64,000 nucleotides of DNA from NCBI GenBank assembly GCA_028534125.1, contig CM052832.1, positions 18,602,001 to 18,666,000 of the forward strand. The letters are read 5' to 3'. The DNA is from Lama glama. Its lineage: Eukaryota. Below the pieces are notes generated by a model, which was not told the DNA's origin, did no database searches, and saw nothing but the letters and a program-made list of their open reading frames with translations. Numbering within the stretch: the first letter of the stretch is position 1; each line of letters opens with the position of its first letter. A program made the translations under genes and the position numbers. Shown one piece after another: positions 1 through 12,850 of the stretch.

Positions 1-1593
1 TCCCCATCACCCCACCCACCCCAAGGTTTCCTCACTTCAAAAGACAGCTCTAGAAAACCTGCAATAGGAAACAGAACCTTTCATTCTTCAACTCTTCAGC
101 CATATTGAGACGCTAATTTGCACTGTCCCACAGGTTAAATGACTGACACCAGATCTACCCCTGATAGTGGGTTTTCACAGAGGGAAGGAGGGAAGAGAAC
201 AGCAGGAACTGGGGGCCAGATTTCAGAGCAAGAATAAATACTAAAGTGGGGTAGAATTCTGGGAGATAGCAGGAGATGAAAGAGTCTGCGGCCAGAAGCT
301 AAACTTGGCCAACTTCACTCTGTCAAAATCCCTGAGTGATTGGACCAAGAGACTAAGATGAAACATATAGTCAGTAGTTCTCTTTGTTGGAGTGCAAGAG
401 GATAGCTCCCTGGGTGTCAATACCAAGCAAGGTATAGATGTGGCCGAAGGAAATGTGGCCTAGAGGTCCTGAAAGCAGCAAGCTATACTCTGTGGCTCTA
501 TGTTAGAAACTCCTTTGTTGTGCAGTTACAAAATGGGGAGGTTTGATTTTCAGTATCCCTAACCACTTTTGCTACATCCTTTTTCAAGTGGCACCCTGCC
601 TTAGGATCCTTTTAGCAAATGCCCACTCTTAGCAAAGATTCAGATGGTAGTCACTTACACATTAGCATAAATTAATTTGCCAGTGTATTTACCTCATTCA
701 AGCTATTCTAAGCTTTTTTTCTCTAATTTGTTTTCTGAAAGGAATTATTTCCTTTAAATGAGTAGATATATTTTTGATTGTGTGGATATGTTAGGAAGGC
801 AGTATGAATGTGGGTGTATGTAAAGGAAGTTTCTTTGGACCTTTTATGTTAATGCTCAACAACTCACTAGGAGTCAGGAGAACTATGTGACTGTTCAAAA
901 TGCTTGGACTACAGAAGACAAAGCATCTGAAACCACCAAGGGCCTCTGATTTATTAACAAGTTGCCAATATAAATGCATGCAGATTCCTGATCTAAGACC
1001 TCTACACATGTTAGTTCTAATCACACTGTTCTAGTAGAACAACACTATGAGATATCGACTATCATCTTTAACTTACAGATGAGGACACTAAAGCACAGAG
1101 AGGTCAATTAACCTTCCAGTGTCACATAGCTGATACATGTCAGAACCAAGATACAATGCAGGCAGGCAAGCCCTAGAGCACACCTCTTTATCACTACACT
1201 ATATCACAGCCTCCTATGTAAAAATGCATTTTTTCTCATCCATCTCATGAGAAAGTATGAGAGTGGATCTAGCATAAGTAGTTAAAAAATACTTATCTGT
1301 CCTCCTTGAATCCTGAAATGTTGACTGTTACTGGGAAATGCTTATTCAGTATAATCTTAACTATATACAAACTATACATAGAAATGGAGTCAGTTAATAG
1401 TAGATCTATTTCAGTGTAGAGATTGTTTTTCTTCTCTCTACTTTCAAATTTCTCTATGGATGTATAATTTTTATAATTTGAAAATGAAAAGAAATGATAA
1501 AATGAGTGCTAAGGGCTAGTAGTTCTTGCGAGGGGCACAGATTTGATTCAGTTCTTTAGGTTAAGTATTATCCCCTCTTGCCAGCCATCTTCT

Positions 1594-1739
1594 TATCAAC
1601 AGCAGAGAAAAGCAGATGGTGTATCTAGCAGGGAAAAGAATAAACTTTTGGGAGGCCTGGGGACAGGAACTCTCATAACCTCCAGCCAGACAGCCTGGTC
1701 GTATCTGGCATCCCATTTATTTGGCTTCCAATATTACTG
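1594..1739 (+). repeat. Left arm of a 146-bp inverted repeat
   Basis: Reverse complement matches 2309..2454 with 3 mismatches. Confidence 0.95.
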
Positions 1740-2308
1740 TTCACATTTCTGCTTCTCTTTGATGAGTGCTAGGAATCTTGAATGTCTTGCCTTTCCACTT
1801 TCTAGTTTAGCTTGTAGATTCTTTTGTTCATTTTCTTGCTGTGCTGTGTGAGCTACAGGCTCTTAAAAAATCCTGTGCAGAAATTACTGTGCTGCTTCAG
1901 AGACTTGCTGTCTCTTCACGCTGGCAGAGGACAGCCTTCGGTACCATTTTCCAGAGGTTCAAGAAAAAGATGTTCTGGTAACCAAATAATCTTGATACAG
2001 ATTTGACCTATGCATTGTACATGACTGTACAAGAATTTAAAGACTATAAAATAAGCCTACTTCAGGGTTATTATCGCAAACATCAGTGATCCTGGCCTGG
2101 ACTGTACACTCAGAAACTGAACCAGCTCCCTGCTGACCCCATGGCATGTGCTGATAGTTGCTTTTAAAATAAATTCCAGATACTGGTTTGTTGACTTGTC
2201 CCATGGCCCTTCCTTATAAAATGAAAATAAAGAAAAAAGGTGCAGGAGACGGCTCTAGTTTATGAAGGTGAGAAATGTCAAATTCTCAGTGTTAGGGTCT
2301 CAATGACC

Positions 2309-2454
2309 CAGTAATGTTGGAAGCCAAATAAATGGGATGCCAGATACGACCAAGCTGTCTGGCTGGAGGTTATGAGAGTTCCTGTCCCCAGGCCTCCCAA
2401 AAGTTTATTCTTTTCCCTGCTAGATATACCATCTGCTTTTCTCTGCTGTTGATA
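2309..2454 (-). repeat. Right arm of a 146-bp inverted repeat
   Basis: Reverse complement of 1594..1739, 143/146 identical. Confidence 0.95.
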
Positions 2455-3069
2455 TGGTCATACTTGACTAAATCTTTCAAATGGTGTGGTGGATGTTTTT
2501 TAAGCAACTTGGAAGACTTGGAAAGATCCAATAAAGATATGCACCTTCAATCATCTGGCTTCAGAGGAGAACATTAATAACTAACTACTATATACATACT
2601 TTCTAGCTCAACAAATCAGCCTTCCAGAAACTGCTTTTATATTACTGGCCATAGTCTGACCCAGTCCTTAGAAACCAGCTATTTCAAATTGCCTGGTACT
2701 TCTATGGGGAAGTGCCTTTCTGTAGCCCAAGAAGCCCACAGAAATACAGAGGTAAGGACGAAAGTGGTAGGGATCCTGATTTCCCATCCAGGTGATATGA
2801 GTCCATCAAAGAGTAAGGCAAACTTCTGCTTCCAGCTCATGTTTTTGGATGTTCTCAAATTTTTCCCTTCTCTGTAATTTTCTCAAGATAAATGTCTTCT
2901 CTGCCCTCTTGTTGGTTTAGGTTTTACTTCCATCATCTCCCATTAACCTTTGGAAGTCACTGCCAAACTCAGAGAGAGTTGAAAGACAACTGAAAGTGTC
3001 TGTAAGGATCTGAAGCTCTTGGGCTCTATACTGAGGCAGTCAGAGGCCCTGGCTCCACTCCACTCCATA

Positions 3070-4030
3070 CAGCTCTGAAAAATAGGTTCACCATCCCATT
3101 ATTCTATGAAAAGCAAATTGAAACTCTAGTTGAGCAAGGCTTTCTGCTGTACAACTTTAATGTCCGATAGATAATTGCTCATTTGCTATTACAGAAGTCA
3201 TTCTGATGTTAGATAATGAGCCAAATGGAATTTCCTTGTAGCAATCAGTGTAGATGGCAATACCACACCAACACCCAGGAACAATTCTGATGATGCAAAT
3301 GCGGGAGAAATCTTCAACAGGAGTAACACGTGAAGGAGACAAGAGACAACGGGCCAGTGGGATGGGACTAATAAGAATTATAAGTCATCCTAATTAGACA
3401 TCAGGAAAAATCTTGTCCATACCTGCTTAATTGCAGAGACTTACGCAAAAATCAGTATCTGGGCATCTTTCTGCCACAAAACTCCAGTTTTAATCAGAGT
3501 TTCAAAAAGATCTGAGACTCCAAAAACAGTTAATAATTGTTTCTTCTCTAATTTGTCACCATCTGGGCTAATCAGGACACAATCATTGTGTCTTGTACAA
3601 AAACCTCAAAAAAAATCCTTAAGGATATGAAACTACTAAAATCAATGTCTACACAGTTCCATAGAAAAACACCCATATGGGTGTTGGGAAGTATCTGTTT
3701 AACTGGATTGTGCAGCCAGTCAATACGGTTCATCAGGATCTCAAAGGAGATTGCTTTTTCAAACATTGTTTACCCTACATGAAACAGGTCTGTGATGTTG
3801 ATATAATCAAAATTGCATCAGTTCCAGCCACTGCAATGCCTTGATATATGAAATAACTGTTTTAGACTAGGTGTTAGAGCAGTCCCTTGGTTTAAAAAAA
3901 TAGAATCCCAAGTATGGGATTTATTAAATGAAATTGAAAGCTTTACTTATTTTAATAACTGAGTCCATGGGAGAAGGATTTATCTGAAATTGAAAAATAA
4001 AGCAGTAAGATAAGCAATGGCACTGTGCTC
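3070..4030 (-). pseudogene. Candidate endogenous bornavirus-like L (EBLL) fragment, decayed
   Basis: Frameshifted, stop-interrupted translation gives FSISD..LPW, EILMNRIDWLHNPV, RHNDC and LAQLEF in the same order and similar spacing as recalled Borna disease virus L motifs. Confidence 0.5.
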
Positions 4031-4297
4031 CTTTGTTAAAATAGATAATTTAAATGATGGTAACAAGACACTCCTATGCGGGCTTCGCTTAATTGAAACT
4101 ACGAATGATCTTAGGAGAGAAGGGAGATTTGTTGGGCTTCACAGAAGCTCAAAGTTTGTTAAACAGACTACATCCATAGATTTTCTCTCTAGCATTAATC
4201 TTTGGCCCTATTGATTCCTCAAAATAAACAATGGAATCAATCAAAACAGCAACCCCAATCCATAATAGGAGTAATCTACACAGCCTCATGACATCAC

Positions 4298-4366
4298 CTG
4301 GACAAGCTCCATCATGTCTTTGACAAACCCATCCACTTCTGGGCCTTCCAGGGCTCCAGTTTTACT
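4298..4366 (-). CDS. SCGN: Secretagogin exon 10 ([23 protein letters not shown])
   Basis: 69 nt, CAG/GTGATG boundaries, EF-hand 5; final exon 11 not seen in 1..4297, presumably outside the window. Confidence 0.96.
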
Positions 4367-5029
4367 CTGAAAGATAAAAGATCCAACCAACCAGGTATCA
4401 TTTCCTTACTTAGGAAAGCTTAAAGAATAAATTACACAGGTAGACCAAATCAATATTCTTTTGTGACTGCAAGCAAGTTTAAAAATGATATGTTTCAATG
4501 TATGTTCTCTCTGCAGGATGTGAATGCTCCATATGAATTAAAAGACTTCATTGTAGTAACTCCTCTTATGTAACCAAATGGGCACCAGTAGTTTTGAGTT
4601 CCTTGGCTCATACAAGTAGTATTAATATAATATGTACCGACTTCATTTGCTTCCTAAATACCAGGACTCAGTTCAGACTAGTGCTAACTGCACATCATAT
4701 CGATCCTTTGAAGGATAGGTTGAAATTTTAAAATTTTGCTTTATGATTTAACAATGATTTAATTATCAAGATAGACATTTTAAATCAAGAGAGATTAGAT
4801 CAGACACATTAGCATTGTTATATGGTTCATATTTAAAATCTTTATTGTTCTACCTATTTTATAAGAATGCCTATAAAATACAGTGCGTACTAAAATATTT
4901 CAGTTTCTTCTCTAAGGTGCCAGTTATGACACGTCATCCATTCTCTTCAAGGTATTTTTTGCTCCTGAACCTTTAACGTATCACTTTAAAAATCCATTCC
5001 CTTAGTGTTTTTACCAGACAGTAGTACTT

Positions 5030-5260
5030 GCTACATGCCAGGAACTCTTCTAAGAACTTTAAAAACATGAATTCATTTCATTCTCATATAACAACCCCAT
5101 GAGGTAGGTGTTGTCTTTGTCCTCATCACCCTAATTTTACAGATAAAAAAAATGAGGCACAGGGAGGTTAAGGAACTTGCCCAAGGCCATGTGGCTAATA
5201 AATGATGATTCAAACTCAGGTAATTGGTCACCGAGTCTATACACTTTGCTCCACTGCCTC
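5030..5260 (-). mobile_element. MIR SINE
   Basis: ATTTTACAGAT...GAGGCACAGGGAGGTTAAGGAACTTGCCCAAGG core. Confidence 0.8.
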
Positions 5261-5856
5261 TTTCAGGTGATGGCCTTTTCTGCTTAGAGTATGACACGCA
5301 GATATCCAGTCTGATTAGTTTCAGGATGTCTTATGACCTTTCCCAACTTTCTTCTTATTTTTCTTCCTCCTTGCATCATCCTACCTTGTCCTCAAGAAAC
5401 TCAATCTCTTCACCATACTTTGTTCTTTAGAATTATTATTTTCTCCTCTTTAAAGAAGGACCAAATAGTGGCCGTATGAGAGAGTTAGATTTTATACCAA
5501 ATATGTCTGACTTTGCCCATATTTCTTTAGGTTCGGTGCGTTTTTTAATTTGATTGTTTGCTTTTGTTTTTGAGCATGCTATTACAGATAGAGACTAGAA
5601 AGGAGAAAGTTTTGGTTTGGATCCAAGGAAGAAAAAAAGAACTGTTCTCTTCTGAACCATAAATATTTGTTTGTTCATTTTCACTTAGTTCTTAGAAGTT
5701 TCATAGAGAAGCTGAGGGTACCTTGATATAGTAACATGTGTGCTTGCTATTCGTTGTATTGGTTTAGGGTCTGTAGTTAGGATGACCCCACACAGGGGCA
5801 AAACAAGCTTCCTACTTAAAGATGGCCAGCACAATATGTTGAAAAGGCATACTTAC

Positions 5857-5916
5857 AACATCATAGTGAGCAAAGATTTTTTCAAAGTCTCTCTTCCTTT
5901 CTTCAGTAGAACAAGC
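5857..5916 (-). CDS. SCGN: Secretagogin exon 9 (ACSTEERKRDFEKIFAHYDV)
   Basis: 60 nt, TAG/GTAAGT boundaries. Confidence 0.97.
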
Positions 5917-6157
5917 CTATGTATGGAGAAAACTGTCAATCAGCAGTGTGAAACTTGAGTTGTACGATTCTTCTAGGGTCTTAGACAACTTGTATAAAGT
6001 TTGAGTCAATAACCTTAATCCCTTGATTCCAACACTGAGCCTTGTCAGTCCCTAGATAAAGGCAAGAGAAATAGATGCCTTCCTTTCTTCCTTCCCTCTC
6101 AAATCTATAGAGAAACATGAATGATACAAACCCATCTAGAGAAATGTCACTACTTAC

Positions 6158-6203
6158 ATCCATTTTAAATTGGAGAAGGAAGTTTTCCTGAAGAGCCAGA
6201 ATC
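6158..6203 (-). CDS. SCGN: Secretagogin exon 8 (ILALQENFLLQFKMD)
   Basis: 46 nt, TAG/GTAAGT boundaries, phase matches exon 7. Confidence 0.97.
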
Positions 6204-6424
6204 CTAAATGGAAAAAACAAACAAACCAAAAAATGTAATCCCACCCACATGATGATCTGTCAGCACTCAATTACAAGTAAATTTATAACTGGTGTGAGGC
6301 AGTTTCCAAGTTTTTCTGCAAAATAGGATGGGTGCTTGAAAGCTAGAAATTTATACATTACAAAAAGAAGGAAGGGAATGTTTTATAGGGATTAGTAGTC
6401 AGCATAGAGAGACTTTTAAAAATC

Positions 6425-7200
6425 CATCTTGGTGAAAAGTGGCAGAATAAGGGCTTATGAAAATTCTTTCCTCCATAAAAGTAACAAGAAAACTGGCACA
6501 CACACAAAAAAATTGTCATAGTAACTTTTTTTCAGAACCTTGGAAATTAACCAAAGGCTTGCAGAAATCTAGTGGTTTTTATTTTAGAAAAACAAGTAAA
6601 TCTTTGTAAGAATAGTGAACTTTGGCATTTTAACTTGCTTCATCCCTCCACCCTCCTTAGTTCCATGATATCCTTGAAAACCAAGAGCCTCAGTCCCAGG
6701 GAAAATCAGCAGCCTAGCAGCTACTGTAGTGGGCAGGACAGGGTACTAGTTCCTTCAAAGCCTAATTCCCAGAGAACCACTATTATTTGACCTCTTTGAT
6801 GGCTCCCTAGAAGACCCCACTTTCAAGAATGTCTCTATTTGACCTGATTTTGAACCTACCCAGTGGAAAAACAGTGGCAATTGTTAGGATCACAGTTGAC
6901 CAAGGTAGTAGATAAAAATTTGGATAAACAATAGACTATCTAAAAAGCTTAAGAGAAAAAGCTGGGATGTGAGATATCCACAGGGGCTTTTAAAAACCTC
7001 CAAGATTATTTCTGGGAATCTAGACAGTCACACGCATACACAGGACTACATCCATGTCCAGGGATGTGTACATGCACAGGAAAGACCTGAGGAGACCCTA
7101 GGTTCTCACCTCTGGCTTATCTTCATAATCTGTGCAAGCAGAAGTGAAGGCTAAGGCAGAGTTGCAAACTGCTTGGTTGAATGTTGAAGATGCGCCCAAT
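6425..7200 (+). mobile_element. Old L1M 5'-region fragment
   Basis: Resembles ancient L1 5' UTR consensus (AAGTGGCAGAATAAGG...AACTTTTTTTCAGAACCTTGGAAATTAACCAAAGGCTTG); recognition only. Confidence 0.5.
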
Positions 7201-7493
7201 ATGTACTCATGTCATGGGATCCTTATGTAGGACCGTGAATATCTGGCCTTTTTGAGGGCATGCCTGCCCCATAACCCAGTTATAAAATATTTTGAAAATT
7301 TTGTGCATTGTGCTTTTCTAGGGAGAGGTGCTTTTATGATTTTCACAAAGGGAGCTGTTACCCCAAAAGACTCACTGACTCTTTAAGACTTCAGGTGAGA
7401 CTTGGTCTCTACGTTTCAAAAAGAAATGTGTGCTGTCATTAAACCCCTAGAAATGTGTTTCTGAATCTGCGACACCATTACCGTGCTACTCAC

Positions 7494-7549
7494 CTTGCCA
7501 AATCATTAAGATCCAACCGGCCATCTTTATTTTTGTCAAAGATCTTCAT
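7494..7549 (-). CDS. SCGN: Secretagogin exon 7 (MKIFDKNKDGRLDLNDLAR)
   Basis: 56 nt, CAG/GTGAGT boundaries, EF-hand 4 loop DKNKDGRLDLND. Confidence 0.97.
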
Positions 7550-10500
7550 CTGGAATGCAGAAGGGAAAGGACTGTAAGAAATTCTTGGAACAAGAATTAA
7601 TTTTGAAAGTTATTAAAGTGCTTTTCTGATTATATATTTGTCTAAATTGGCTGAAACTGACTCATAGAGTAATCCCTATAGAGTATAGAAGAAATATTTC
7701 CCATGAAGGCAAAAGTAGTCGAGGAGGATATTGATATGTTAGAAAGTCTGCTCTCTGTAGGCTTCAGAGGATTGTACAGAGGAAAGGAGAGAGAGGCAAT
7801 GATAGCAGAGCAGACAGATAGGTGACTTAACTCTGCTGGAAAGGGGATCTGGAGGGAGAAGAGCACTGGCTAAGGCAGGACAACACCAGAGAGAGTTGCT
7901 TAGCTTTCCCAAGACCATTCTGAGTTCCCGAAGGTTTGGATGTGAGTCAAGGACCAGTGGACCTTCCATGGGGCCAGCTGAGTGTCAGATGATGCTGGAA
8001 CAGAGGATGGGGTGGATCACTGAGTCAGCTGGAAGGAGGATGTGGCAGAGAATTAGTGGTTTGCATCCAGCAAGAGTTAAAGGATGACTTCAACCACGAA
8101 TGTCAGCAAGGTAGCAGCAACTCTGGTCAAAAGGCATCATCCTGGAAACCAGAGCATTGTACCCAGGGACCTCGGCTCCTCCCCTTCACCATGAGGTCCT
8201 TCCTATACGCCACTTTTCTCTCCTTAACCACCTTGATGACATTTTTGCAGAAGGGTGTGGGTTGGATATAGACAACTGAGAAATCTAGAAGGCTGAGCTT
8301 TTCCTTTTGTAGAGAGACTTAGCCCTATTCAAAGAGGCTGTTTAAATTTACTAGATCAGACTAAGCTTTAAACAAGATATGATTAAAAGTTAAAATTGGG
8401 AATACCAGATTGGTTTAGGAAACATGGAGGAGACACATTTCTCTCCATATCTAAGTAGTAGTAGGAGTGAATTTTGTGACTTCACAACACTTTAGTGCTG
8501 CAGAATATCTCTAAATATATCTATATGAGGAGGCTGTACAGGGAAAAAGAATCAGTGAGATAATCTAAGGATATGTCCAACAGATTTTTGCATTAAAAAC
8601 ATCAGTCCTTCTTCCTTATTTACTATATATATCAACTTTATTTTTAATATTTCAAATGAATTTTAAAGCTCATTCTCTCCTAACCTTGGTATCACAAATA
8701 TGTATTATGGAATTTATTAAAACAGGTTATATTTTTATACATTTGAACATACTACACATCCAGTCATGCCCTTTAAACATAGACTATATCCAGTAGAAGT
8801 CTGAGAGCGAACCATTTTGCTAGAACGTGAACCATGAGTTATTTTCTTTGACTCCATCATTATATAAGGTTCATTCTTAAAAAGAATGAAGAAAGACAGA
8901 AAGGGAAGGAAGCAGCTAGGGAGTCAGGTGCTTCAATCCAGGCATGAAGGATAAGACCTGGGACCAGGGTAGAGGGTGGAGGTATTCTCTTTGTCTGCCA
9001 TATTCTCAGATTTTAATTTGTTATTTTATAGTAGTTCAAACTCCATGCTCTGATTAGGTACAAGAGCTTAATATTTCCCACGTGTATTAGCTTACATTTT
9101 AAAAAGCTCAATATTACCTAGTAATATTCTATTCAGACAGCTAATCTTTCCCCCTGCCAGGTGTCGGCAGTACCTCTTAATTAGATGTCATAATTGGATT
9201 TTGTTAATCTACAGTTTCCTTCCTTGTACAGAACATTAATTAGGAGTTTAGATAAGACAAGGTCTGACGACCTCAACTTTTCTCTTCTGATTGGATGTTC
9301 TGCCTTGACTTGTACTTTGTTTATGCTTCAGACAGCTTCAAATGTGCCAATCCTTATTTGGGTCAATTTGAATTCATTTAGTAGGTTCCATCTCTTAAGT
9401 AAAGCATTTGATGCTAAACCTCGGAACCAAATCTTTAATGCAGTGTTGTTATGACTATGTCCATTGCTCAATAAAAAGCCACTAAAGCAGCAGTAAGGTG
9501 ATTTCACATTTGTTCTATCACTTAGAGCTCAGATCCTAGAAGTCTTTTTTTGGAATTTGAGTTTCTAAAAGTTAGTATACCCAAAATCTCTAGAGAAATG
9601 TAAGAATTCCTTTTAAAAATAAAACTGTAGTCCAGTTCCTAAATCTGTTCATTGGAAAAGCATAATTTACCTCTACAATTTAAGAAAGAGAAGTGAAATA
9701 GATTGACCAAAATCTCATTAAATTCATCTAGTCTTCAGGGAAAACTCAGATTCTTGAGTGGAAACTCTTTCACCAGATAACCTCAACATTTACCTATCAC
9801 CTCAGTGCCTAAAATACCAGTGATGGACCACTTGGAGTTTGATTGATCATGGGCATATCTTCATGGGACAGTTTGGAACAAAAATGAATGTTTAAATGCA
9901 GCACACATGAGCAAGAGAGCCGTAAGGTTTTAACAATGAAACAGACACATATAACAAGAATAACAGGACATTCTGGGTCAATGGACATTTCTCAACCTTG
10001 ATAATCAAAAGTTGGGTAAGACCACTTAGATTCCCCACAGCTGCTTCACAGGACTCTAAGCTTCTGGATATAAGCTCAAAGCCATCAAAATTGCATATTT
10101 CCAGATTTTCTTCAGCTCTGGGCATTCTGTTGTCAGAGATGCCAGCCTGAGGCTTCTTAAACCTGAAAGCTGAAAGCTGTGAAGAGAGGGGCTCTGGACA
10201 ACTAGGGCTGCTGGGCACATGCGTGATGTGCATAATTTCTTTTCAGCCAAGTACCAACTTTCTGAACCCTCTACACGTCTACTTCCTGCCTGTCCCTACC
10301 CCTTAGGATGAGCTGTTTGACTCAGGTGACCCCTGAGGCTTCATGCAGCCACAACTCACTCTCCTTCCCACTCTCCCTTCCCCAACTTAATCAGTCCGTG
10401 TTCCTCTCGTCTCCAGAACAATTCTGTGATACCTTTTCTCGTTTCCCATTGTCTTTCATTAATTTGTTTCCTATTTGGTGTTTAATAAGATGTCAGTTCT

Positions 10501-12139
10501 GAGGATTATTTAAGGACTTCATGAGGAGAAAAATCAATTTTGGGGGTAGTAAATTCTGTTGTGGCTGTCAGAGCTCCTATATTATCTTATCTTTAAAAAT
10601 ATTAAAAGAATCCTAATCTCCTAACATGGCTTTGTCCTTGCCTTGCTCTTCCCTTTCTTCACAGGGATTTATATCTCTTCTTGATCTCTCAGTAGAGCTT
10701 TATTCTCCATCCTTTGAGGATAAAGGATAATCGTCAGTTTTTTCATTTGTGCAATGGGAGTTTAAAAATGCTTATTTCAGAAGGTTTGTGTAAGAATCAA
10801 TTATTATGATTTAAATATTTAATACTAGAACGAACACTGGCTGTGTTTCAGTGAAAATAAAGTACCGCATGTACTCAGTTAAGAAGACATCTTGAAAAAA
10901 TTTAACTTTAATTTTGTCCACCTTTTTTTGTCTTGCCTTTGCTGAAGCTCTAAAATTGCTGGTTTGTTGTAGTCCATCTTTTTTTTTTTAATCAGGAAAA
11001 CATCAAAAAAATATATTAATTGGTTCTCAAGGTGAAATTGCTGTATTTAAGGACTGAAGGGACAACTGAACTTAACTCCTACTTTTTGGTTGATACTCTG
11101 TGGCAGTGATAGGCATAGTGGGGATGAAGAGAAGGGACCAGAGTGAATTTTTGCTCCTTTTTCAAATTTTCTCCCAATTGGAAGACTCCATAAAGTCAGA
11201 GACCACATCTTCCTTAGTAGGTTCTCCCTAAATATTTGTTGAATGAATGAACTCACATCTTTATATGAACCAATTTACCGGCACACATTCCAACCTGAGA
11301 GAAGAGCATTAAGAGAGTGGGTGTTTTGGTGAGGGAGGGAGTATTCTGGGTCACTTTGAGACCCCACCCCTCAGCCCAGAAAAACCACCTTAGATTCAGC
11401 TTAAGAAAAGGAGCACAATGCTGTGATTTCCGAATTCACAGGGACCTGTCCTAGGCTGGACCTGCTCTGATTGTCCTTTCTGGATTTGCTCTGCTCTGTC
11501 TCCTCAGCTGCCTCGTCTCTTGCCTTCACTCCTGGCCTGTTGTGTTTTTTTTCCAGCTCCTCCCACCTCTCATCATCAGCTTGGGGCTCCTGTCTCCCTG
11601 TCTATCTCTGCCCCCTGGGCTCAGCACGGCTCATACCCACTGCCTGATTGGGATCCCTTTGGAGGACCCTCTCTGTGGTGAAGGACCCCGGTGAGAGCCA
11701 TAAAGGATGGGTCTCAGCACAGAATTCTGGGCACCCTTTCTGGCTCTTCCCTGGAGGGTCTGGTTTAAAAAAATGAAAAGAAAAAAAGGAGCATTTCAGA
11801 ACATGAAGCATTGCTTAAGGAAAGTTGGGTCTGTGCCAAATGCTGCAGTGTGCAAAGTGCAATCTGAGAGGCACCCCAAGAGGCATCAAGGGCCATAGTG
11901 GGGGTGGTGGGTCCCAAGAAACAGAAACAAGGGAGGTAGGAGGGTCTCAAAGACAAACTTCCCATTATCAGGGTTTATTCTTAGCTAGCTGTTAGGTAAT
12001 AACTGAATATTCAGTTCAGAGAATTTGCGTTAAATAGCCAGCTGTGTGCCAGGCTCTGTGTGAGCGCTGGGAACACAGAGCTAAGGTACTGCTTTGCGCT
12101 TGAGGAGTCACAGGCTGGTGGAGCACAAGATCCATAAAC

Positions 12140-12850
12140 AGATAGTGTCAGTGTCATCCTTGACTCCCAGCTGATTCATCAGGAAGTCCTTCTGATTCCA
12201 TCTTCAAGATATATAGTTTCTCATGTCTTTCGCTACCCTATCCTGGTCCAAGCTGCCATCCGCTCTCACCTACGTGGAGCAATGACCTCTTAATAGGTCT
12301 TCCTTATTCCCTCCCTGCCCATTTCAGGCTCTTCTCAACACAGCAGCCAGACCATGGCATCTTCTGCTTCAGACCCTCCGGTAGCTCTCCATCTCACTCC
12401 GACTAAAACCCCAAGTTCTCACAATGGCCCCAGAAGCCTGACATGGTCTGGCCTCTGTCTCATCCTTGCTTACTCTTCTCCAGCCACACTGGTCTCTCCC
12501 TGTTCTCAAAAATCCCAGGCACACCCTTGACCCAGGGACTCTGCTTGCTATACCTTTGGTTCTCCTTCAAGTTGCATCTTCTTGAAGGGCCTCCAGCTGA
12601 TCACCGTATTGATAATCACACCTTCTCCCCAGCCTCCCATCCTAGCTGCCCTTCTGGCACTGCCTGTCCTGCTTTATTTTTTCCATAACACTCATTACCC
12701 TCTATTATGCAATATAATTTATTATTTATTATATTTATTGTTATTGTCAGTCTCTCCTTTGTTTTGCTCACTGCTGAATCTTTGGTGACTAGAATAGTGC
12801 CGGAGGCATAGCAGGTATTTAATGAATATTTGTGCAATGAATTAAATGGA
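12140..12850 (+). mobile_element. L2 3' fragment
   Basis: Pyrimidine-rich L2-like body ending ...GGCATAGCAGGTATTTAATGAATATTTGTGCAATGAAT. Confidence 0.7.

Noticed and set aside
1594..2454. Interpretation of the inverted repeat as a MITE or DNA transposon
   Set aside because: No TSD or recognisable TIR terminus, and arm identity is too high for the ancient DNA transposons seen here
2900..2916. CTCF-like CCAACAAGAGGGCAG on the minus strand
   Set aside because: Mismatches at informative core positions
3230..3760. Possible bornavirus N or filovirus NP similarity (IDWL, PLAR)
   Set aside because: Isolated short words that need arbitrary frameshifts and are not colinear
3674..3845. Plus-strand peptide GVGKYLFNWIV resembling hepacivirus NS5B (CGKYLFNWAV)
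   Set aside because: A single short match with no flanking polymerase motifs; the opposite strand gives several colinear bornavirus-L-like motifs
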